From Paraspadella gotoi (taxonomy: Eukaryota > Animalia > Chaetognatha): 11,735 nucleotides of DNA. The position numbers and the translations under genes are program-made. The stretch is from NCBI GenBank assembly GCA_051294375.1, contig JBJCIZ010001278.1, positions 1 to 11,735 of the forward strand, written 5' to 3'. Under the pieces are notes generated by a model. That model saw only the letters and a list, made by a program, of their open reading frames with translations. It ran no database searches and was not told the DNA's origin. How positions within the stretch are numbered: position 1 is the stretch's first letter; the number at the start of each line of letters is the position of its first letter. Of this stretch, positions 1 to 7,900 are shown in pieces.

Positions 1-2
1 CG

Positions 3-549
3 AGCGGCCTCTTTAAAGGTGACTTTGAGGAGGACGTCTCTGAACTATTCAACTCGAAATCGGTCCAAAAGCTCATAGAATTAGAGGAGTATGAGAGTGA
101 CCACACACTACACGGACTAACTTTACAAATACGCTACTTATGGCCGAAGCTCCACCATAGCATACCTCACTGCATACGCACTCATAGCGGTAGTAGTCGT
201 CTCACTGGCATTAAAGAAAGGGATTGTACCATTAAATGTCTCGCCCTGGTATTCTCGATTTTCAAGATCTTGGTTGACTACGAGAAGTACCTGAAAGAAT
301 CCAAACTACCGAAGGCACAGCCGTGCTACGAAGATCCTCCGTCACCAAACCGACCCTCCCTCAATCACGTGACATCGAAGAGATTGTGGGCAATAATATC
401 GAGTCCTCAACGCCATCCTCAGCGTTTATGAGGACGTCATGAGACATGGCGCAATGCTTCCGAGAAGGGTGAGGACACCCCTCACCATCGAGGAGCCGTT
501 CAACGACTCCGGAAGAGGCGTCGTGGCCCTTCCCCACTTCCGACGCTGA
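3..549 (+). CDS. 3' part of a hypothetical protein gene (5'-truncated by the window, probable frameshift errors near 360-400)
   Basis: Frame +3 is stop-free from 3 to TGA 429-431 (SGLFKGDFEEDVSELFNSKSVQKLIELEEYESDH...KILVDYEKYLKESKLPKAQPCYEDPP...). Frame +1 is open 397-549 (VLNAILSVYEDVMRHGAMLPRRVRTPLTIEEPFNDSGRGVVALPHFRR*), ending just before the repeat array. Not listed in the supplied ORF track. No family recognised. Confidence 0.55.
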
Positions 550-561
550 ACGCGACAGCAA

Positions 562-1028
562 CCCCGCAGCGCCTATTATTCCCAACTGCGCTTTTCTTTA
601 TTATTCCATTAGCATTTGTATTACACCCCGCAGCGCCTATTACTCCTAATTGCGCTTTTTCCTTATTATTCCATTAGCAATTGTATTGCATCCGTCAGCG
701 CCTATTACTCCCCAATCGCGCTTCCTTTTTATTATTCCAAATTCCATCAATTATTCCATCAGCGCCTATTACCCCCAATCGCGCTTCTTTTTATTATTCC
801 AAATTCCATTTCTAAACAATTATTCCATCAGCGCCTATTACTCCCAATCGCGCTTCTTTTTTTTATTATTCCAAATTCCATTTATAAACAATTATTCCGT
901 CAGCGCCTATTATTCCCAATTGCGCTTTTTTTATTATTCCATTAGCAATTACATTATATCCATCCTTACCTATTGCTCCCAATTACGCCTTTTTTTGATT
1001 ATTCCAATTGCTTCTTAGCAATTACATT
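562..1028. repeat. Tandem minisatellite, 7 units of 63-72 bp (core CAGCGCCTATTA(C/T)TCCCAAT(C/T)GCGCTT..TTATTATTCCA)
   Basis: CAGCGCCTATTA starts at 567, 631, 696, 760, 829 and 901, and a diverged unit (CCTTACCTATTGCTCCCAATTACGCC) starts at ~964. Spacings are 64, 65, 64, 69, 72 and 63 bp. Confidence 0.95.
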
Positions 1029-1122
1029 AAATCAAATAGATAACTACTCTTTCTTCTGATTATTTTACTAATTTATTCCATCAACGTTTGCCACAACGAC
1101 CTAACATTTTTTCGCTTTTGAT

Positions 1123-3866
1123 TTAGGACCTAGTTTTTTTGCCCAACCTTTCTCCAACAGTCTTGCTAAGAACGGTATCGGAGCTTTGTACGTGGACGCT
1201 AAAAATATAAACTAACTTTAAGGCTTTGATGGGACGGTCACACCCGTCATGACTGTTTTCTCCCTGCGCGCCGCAAGGCGGGCGTTCTCTGGTACACACG
1301 GCCGGGTTCCAGGTAAGAATTGGTTTGGAGAGAAAATCGTCGGGAAACTCCAAATTTTTTTTCGGCATGCGGTTAACGAAGGGTTACTTGGTTTGTACAC
1401 CCGGTCTCCTCTTTAGGCGGCAAGACCCCCTTAATCGAAAACCCTTTATAGTACAGTACCCGCCTACGGTTGCGTCCCAATTTTCTTTTGGCAGGTGGAA
1501 TTGGTTTGTGATTCGTTTGGTCATTGTACGTCTCTTTTTGGTATTTTCTCCCTTTTAAAATAAAGGTAACAGGGTGACTGGAAAGGGGAGCTCAGCGGCA
1601 ACGCAGGGGATTACCATGTTTATGCTGTGTTTATTTTTTGGGCGAGGGGGTTTGAGGGTCTCGGCCCATCCGTTGCTGGTTGGTCTTTTCTTAGTTTACC
1701 ACTGGCCGTTAGGTTATTCTCATGTAACGGCAGTAACGGATGCTTTAAACATAAAAATGACCAAATAAAAGTAAGTTTTTCTCTATTATTGCATCAAGTT
1801 TCAAGCGAAACTGATTTTGTTTTTAGGTAACGATTTTTTTGGTTTATGGGTACAGTTTCGGGGCTCTCTAGTATTTGCTGATAGGAATTGATTTCGTTTT
1901 TAGGTTAGTTTAAATATTTTATTTTGCAACCTAACACGAACATTAGGGTAGATAAAGGTATTTAATTCTTTTTTTTGATTGTACAGTGTATTATTTTCAA
2001 GAATGATCGTTTACAGAGGAATTCAACGGGCGAAAAGATTAAGTTGGGTCAGTGAGATCCAAGATAGTATTTTTATATTTCTGTCCTCAATTTACCTACC
2101 TTTTCCCGTAGGGGCTTCGAGATATAAGGTTTCGTGTCGTAGTACAGGTTGTGCGGCCTTCCTTTATAATATTTGGGTGGTAAGGTCAAGGGAGTCGAAA
2201 ACGTACGCAAGAATCTTCAAAGATTCCGGGCTTCCGTTATCGGGTTGGTCCTCATCGAGGGAACGTTTTAGGGAGGGGGATGCTTGAAGAAATGCTGCTG
2301 TGACATGGACTTGCTGAAGAATTGCTTGGATCGGTCTCTTTGATGCTGGGTCCACCTGCAGGGGTAAGGAAAATTTATTTTTTTTGAGATTGTCGTCATG
2401 CGCTCATGGTCGTTCGGTGATTATTCAGGAAAGGCAACTCTTTGGCCTCCGCATGTTTCGTCTGGAAGGTCGATGGTTCTCTGACATTGTCTCTAAAAAA
2501 AAGTCCGGTTCAAATGTCAACCTTTGAGACCTTATTCGTTCCTTGCGGGGGCCAGAAAGTGGGGCATTTTCGGTAAACGTTATATCGTTTTACCAATATC
2601 CGAAAACAACCCATGGTATTTTTTTCTGTCACCCTTCGATTCCGTCTAAGAATTCGGATTTTGGTTCGGCAGGTCTTGCCGTAATTTTCCTATGCAATTC
2701 GGGGCCTCCATGTACAATTTCACGTTCCTTTTTTAGTTTGGCTACTTTTCAAAGGGATTCGGTGTTCTTGTAACATATGTTCAGTCTGAGATTCTGGGCC
2801 TCCAGGAGACAAGTTCACCGTCTTCGCGGGCTTTTGAACCTAAAAGTGGGAACAATTAATACGGGTATTTAACAGCTCGGCCACCCGGGGGTCAGTTATA
2901 ACCGGCCTTTGCAAAACTTCGAATAAAAAGGGCCTTTACTTACCTTGCATTTTTTGACTTTAGTTGGTTTGTTATTTTATTGCCGAGTCCAAGCGCTTGA
3001 CCAAAAAATCATTTTATATTGTGTTTAAAAGTCAGTTTAGTTAGTCAAGAATATTTTAGCTTCCTCTTCGTCTCATTCCCCCCTGGCTTGTAGTTCAATT
3101 ATTTCTATTGTGGGTTCCTTTCATTGTTTCGTTTTTTCAGTTAATGTGCGGCAATAACGTTTTTTTTTTTTAAAGTTTTCAGAGAAAACCAGGATTGGCC
3201 AAGTTTTTAGCCGTCGTATTTCGTTTTGGGGATTACGGTGGATAAACACTCAGGTTATGTATTGTACTCACGCCTGTCGTCTCTACAGGTAATTTTTGGT
3301 TTTTCTATTGTCCGTAGTTCAGAAAACGGGTTCGTTCCAGGCAAATCGTCTGACACGTGCGGCTTACGCCAAATTCAGCCAGGCTCAGAAGTTGCGTCGA
3401 GCGGCAACCTTCCGGGCCGTTTTCGTAGAAACCGAGCGAACAAAAAAGGTTGTCTACATTAGTAGAGTACCTGTCGTTTTTTGGTGTGGACAAAATTACT
3501 TTTTAGGAACTTACCGACATACCGTAGTGTTTTGATGTTACATCACGCCGACGGGTTTTTTCTAATATCTTTCCTCTCATTGTGTAATACCCGCACCCAA
3601 CTGGGTTTCGATCTTCAACACTGGATAAACGTAACTTGACAAGCTCCCTACAATATAAAGCGTCGTGGAAGAGGGTTGTCGCCCGGCAGATTTGTCGTCT
3701 GCCGGTACGGTTCAACCCGCATTTCCTCAATCTCAACGACCATTTGTCAGTATTTTTTCTGTTGTCAGTTTTTCGTCAGTATCTTTGTTCTTCTGGATCT
3801 TTTTGGTAAGAGTTATTACAAGAACGTCCGCTGGGCGCAGTTTTATTGCATCACTGCTTCAAGCAT
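1123..3866 (-). CDS. Long hypothetical protein-coding region (one or a few genes) broken by apparent sequencing frameshifts
   Basis: Minus strand is A/purine-rich and yields successive protein-like fragments in shifting frames from an AAAAATG (ATG 3866-3864): SSDAIKLRPADVLVITLTKKIQKNKDTDEKLTTEKIL / MVVEIEEMRVEPYRQ / KEPTIEIIELQARGE / ELHRKITARPAEPKSEFLDGIE / RPIQAILQQVHVTAAFLQASPSLKRSLDEDQPDNGSPESLKILAYVFDSLDLTTQIL / KELNTFIYPNVRVRLQNKIFKL / PFVNRMPKKNLEFPDDFLSKPILTWNPAV. Gene number and boundaries are uncertain, and true pseudogenisation cannot be excluded. Confidence 0.5.
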
Positions 3867-3973
3867 TTTTAATCAATCCTCCTTTCTCCTTCTCATCAGT
3901 CCCCACTGCGGATCGCCGTGAATATTTTAAGAGTGTGTATGTTCTTAGACATGCTTCAGTATGTCGCTATGCT
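3867..3973. promoter_or_regulatory. Putative bidirectional promoter region between divergent genes
   Basis: About 105 bp between the minus-strand ATG (3866) and the plus-strand ATG (3974). It contains TATTTTAA (3923-3930) and TCAGT (3956-3960), plus another TCAGT at 3896-3900. The motifs are short and could be chance. Confidence 0.3.
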
Positions 3974-4993
3974 ATGGCGACATACACCAATCATGCAGCG
4001 GTGGGTGCGGCTTTACGAAATAATACAAACGTTATCTTAACATATGTCGGAGAGGAAAATCCCTACGCTTCTCTACGCCTTTTCCCCCATTACGACATAG
4101 GATCCTCTCTCTATCGCTCTTTCTTCACCATACTGACATCAGAAGCAATGCGTATTCCATCCTAGACATCGGCGACACCGAACACTTAGGCTCTTTCTTT
4201 TTATAGTTTCTACTAAAGTTACAGCGGATATTTCCGAAAGGGCAAAGCGTCGGTACAAAGGCTGCTGGATTTCTGAATGGGTGCCGTGATTTTCGATGGC
4301 ATCTCGAGTAAGTATGGCCTTATCCGAACTGGGGCCACGTGGCATCTTTTCAGATCTCAAAAGCTTGTCCACTGGGTTTTAAGTTCGTTTCTCAGATGAC
4401 AGCATTAAGAATTAAGCTTCTATTCAAAGATCTATCTTTCGTCGGATTAATTCTTATTTGTGTGATCGCTGGTTTGGTGGACTTTCTATGAAGAAAATGG
4501 AGGTGCATACTTCTTTTTTGTAATATTGGCTTCAGAAAAAACAAGTAAGGAATAAGACCACTTATATTCTATAATATACTATACTTTTGCTGGAGTTTAT
4601 GTATTCTAAAATGTTGACTTGCCCAGAGACTTCCTAACTTTACGAATCTCCCCTCTACAATTCAAGGCCTACCTACGATCTTCTTCACTAACAAGCTACT
4701 AAAAGTATCTACAAGGGGCCTTACCTTTTACAAGAAACACTACTTACAGATCTTCTGTTATCAAGTACCTGGGCTTCGTAGATCCGTCGTTCCTTTCGGC
4801 CTTAAGCCGACGTTCATCTACTCGAGACTTTTGTCCGTCATCATCTTTTCCCAGGGGCGTCTTGACCGGCTTGTCCATCGGGTCTTTCTTCTGCGCCATT
4901 ATAACCGATTCCATCTGGTTCTCAATGCGTGCAGAAAATGTCCATGCTCAGTTAGTGAATTCCAAAGGACGCCACTTCTCCCGAATCCTTTAA
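3974..4993 (+). CDS. Hypothetical protein gene, frameshifted in this sequence; possible intron 4545-4626
   Basis: ATG 3974 gives MATYTNHAAVGAALRNNTNVILTYVGEENPYASLRLFPHYDIG, then fragments in shifting frames: HTDIRSNAYSILDIGDTEHLGSFF / IVSTKVTADISERAKRRYKGCWISE / AVIFDGISSKYGLIRTGA / PTIFFTNKLLKV / GVLTGLSIGSFFCAIITDSIWFSMRAENVHAQLVNSKGRHFSRIL* (TAA 4991-4993). Frame +1 is also stop-free from 4618 to 5025. No family recognised. Confidence 0.5.
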
Positions 4994-7900
4994 CTTTAAA
5001 AAAAAAACAAGAGGTGTTAAAATAACGCTTTTTTCACACTCGTAAAAAAGAGATAAAAAAATCTTAAAACGAAATATGTTACAAAGAAAAAAAAAGTAAA
5101 TATAAAACCGTAAAATAACTTCTTGCAAAACTAAACATCATTCCCCGACGGCTTGTTCAAAATTAGGTATCGTTGGGAACATATTTAAATATCTTATATT
5201 ATCCAAAAAACAAACAAACTTTCCTCCGTCCTCTCTCTATTTTTATTGTCTCCTTTTCTCTCTCTCTTTTCTCTTCTTTTAATTTTTATTGTAGCCTTTC
5301 TTCTCCACACCTTCTATGGATAATAAACGTATAAATGTTCTTCCACCACAGGAAAACAGACTTTTCTCTGTAAAAAAAAAGATTATTTGAAAAACTTTAA
5401 AAAAAAATAAAACAGGAAAACCGGATTTATTATCCAAATGTGTTAGAAAAAGGGAAAAATAAAAAAACTTTATAAAAAAAAAAAACGGCAAAAACTTTTT
5501 ATTATACTAAAAAAGGGGCAAGTTTTAAAAAAACCAACCGATAAACAAAACGGGGGGAACTTTTTTCTAAGATTTAAAAAGTAATAAAAAAAAAAAAACG
5601 GTTAAAATAACCAAACCGAGGGCGGGCAATTTACCGGAACTACATATATTCCAAAAGAAGATTAAACCAAAACTTTAAAAAACAAAAAGAAAAAACGCCT
5701 TATATATCCAATGTCTAAATACAAAAGAGTTGAAAAAAATTTTGTCTTTTAATAACACCGGGGGAAAAACGAATTTATTTTCAAAAAAAAGACCAGGAAA
5801 TTAAACAAACGTTAACTAAAAATTAACTTCTGCAAAAATAGAACATTTTCATCGAGGTTTGATAAAAAATTGACGGTGGAGGAAACCCAAGTTTATTAAA
5901 GTATACTTTTTGTATTCAAAAAAAAAGAAAGCAAAAGAACAAAAATTTCGCGCGTACTGTGTTTATTTTTGTAGTAATTTTCCTTTCCTTTTTCTCTCTC
6001 TTTTCTCTTTGAAATTTTATGTTAAGCTTTTTTTCGTGCCTCCACCACCCTATCAATAAGATAAAAAAAAACGTTTTAAAAAATACACCAGGAAAACGAC
6101 TTTTTCTTCGTTTAAAAAAGATATTGAAAAAAAAAACTTTAAAAATAAATTACATGAAAATTACGATTTTTTTCAATGTTAAAAAAAGAAATAAAAAAAA
6201 CTTGAAAAAAAAAACGGCAAAAACGTTTTTTCCCAATTGTTAAAGAAAAAAATATTAAAAATCAAAAAACCACCGGATTTAAAAACGGAAACTTTTTTTC
6301 TAAAGTAAAAAAGTGATTAAAAAAACGTTAAATACAAGAGCGGCCAAGAACCGATATTTCCCAAAGAGATTAACAACTTTAAAATAAACAAAGGAAAAAA
6401 ACTTTTCTTTTTCCAATTGTATAACAAAAAAAAGATTAAAAAAAATTTCTTTGAAAACACCGGGAAAAAACGATATTTTCAAAGGGAAAAAAGAAATAAA
6501 AAAAACGTTTAAATACTTCTGCAAAATAACCATCATCGAGGGTTTTCTGGTTAAATGGAGGGGTTGAGGACCAAAGTATTTAATTTATTTTTTATTCAAA
6601 ACCAAACCAAAATTTTTTTCCTCTCTTTATTGGTATATTTGTTCTCCCTTCTCTCTTCTCTTTTCTTTCTTTAATTTATTGTTTAGGCTTTTCTTCATCT
6701 ACCCTGTGCAAATAGATAAAAAAAACGTTAAAATATTTTAACAAACCAGGGAAACAGGTTTTTGCTCGCTTAAAAAAAAGATATTGAAAACTTTAAAAAA
6801 TAACAAGAAAAAAACGGATTTTCATGTAATATAAAAAAGAAATAAAAACTTTTTATAAAAAAAAACGGCAAAAACGTTTTTTTCCCAAATTAAGAAAAAA
6901 AAATAATATAATCAGAAAAAACACCCGATAAAACGGACTTTCTAAAAGTAATAAAAAAGTTTGATAAAAAACGTTTAAATCAACCAGCGGGGTAGACCGA
7001 TAATTTCAAAAAAGGAATAACAAACTTTAAAAAAAAAACAAAGAAAAAAAAACCGCCTTTTCCAATTGTAAAAGAGAGAGAGTATAAAATTTCTTAAGAG
7101 AACCACCGGGAAAAAACCGAATTTATTTTTAAAAGAAAAAAGAAATAAAAAACGTTTAAATACTTCTGGCAAAAATAAAAATAAAAACATCATCGAGGTT
7201 GTTTAAAATTGGGTGTTCTTGGGGTGAGGGAACAGTTATTAAATATCTTTTGTGTCAGAAAATAAACAAATAGAAAACAAATTTTCCCTCTTCTTTTTAT
7301 TTTATTGTTTCCTTTCTTCTCTCTTTCTCTTTTTAATTTTTTATGTTTAGCTTTTCTTCTCCACCTTCTTCAATAGATAAAAAAGAACGGTTTAAATTTA
7401 CCACCCAGAAAAAATCGGGACTTTTTTCTCTGTTCAAAAAAGGATATGGAGAAAAAAAAAACTTTAAAAAATAAATGTAACCAGGAAAACGATTCCATGT
7501 AAAAAAAGGAGTTAAAAAAAAAAAGACCACCGATAAACGGACTTTTCTAAATGTAAAAGTAATTGATAAAAATGTTAAATACACCCGGCAAGGACGATAA
7601 TTTCCCCAAAGAGTAACAACTTAAAAAAAGAGAGAAGAAAAAGAGAGAAGAAAACGCTTTTTTTCCAATGGTGAAAAAAAGGAGATTGATTAAAAAATTT
7701 CTTTAAAAAACCACCGGAACATAATTGATTATTTTCAAAAAAAATGAAATTAAAAACGTTAGAATACTCTGCAAAGATAATTAAAACTCATCGAGGGTTG
7801 TTAAAGAGATGAGGGTGATGGAGGGGACAGGTTATTAAATATTCTTTTTATTTTCAAAAACAAAACAAATTTCCTCTTTTATTTTAAGATTGGTTGTCTT

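Noticed and set aside
616-1018. ORFs 616-945 and 650-1018 (hydrophobic repeat proteins)
   Set aside because: They are translations of the minisatellite. Unit lengths (64, 65, 64, 69, 72, 63) do not keep a frame, and the frames are open because the strand is pyrimidine-rich.
562-1028. CRISPR array (constant core plus variable segment, ~65 bp period)
   Set aside because: The variable segments are repeated and related to one another rather than unique spacers, and no cas-like gene was recognised nearby.
3575-3625. Cysteine-protease-like motif in NPVGCGYY (ORF 3503-3736)
   Set aside because: It is a short match with no supporting His/Asp/Gln context, and a different frame (YVYPVLKIETQLGAG) is equally plausible in this frameshifted region.
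1979-3921. Plus-strand ORFs 1979-2287, 2543-2773, 3226-3535 and 3665-3921
   Set aside because: They are Phe/Ser/Val-rich antisense shadows of the more protein-like minus-strand fragments. Only the part of ORF 3665-4165 from ATG 3974 was retained.
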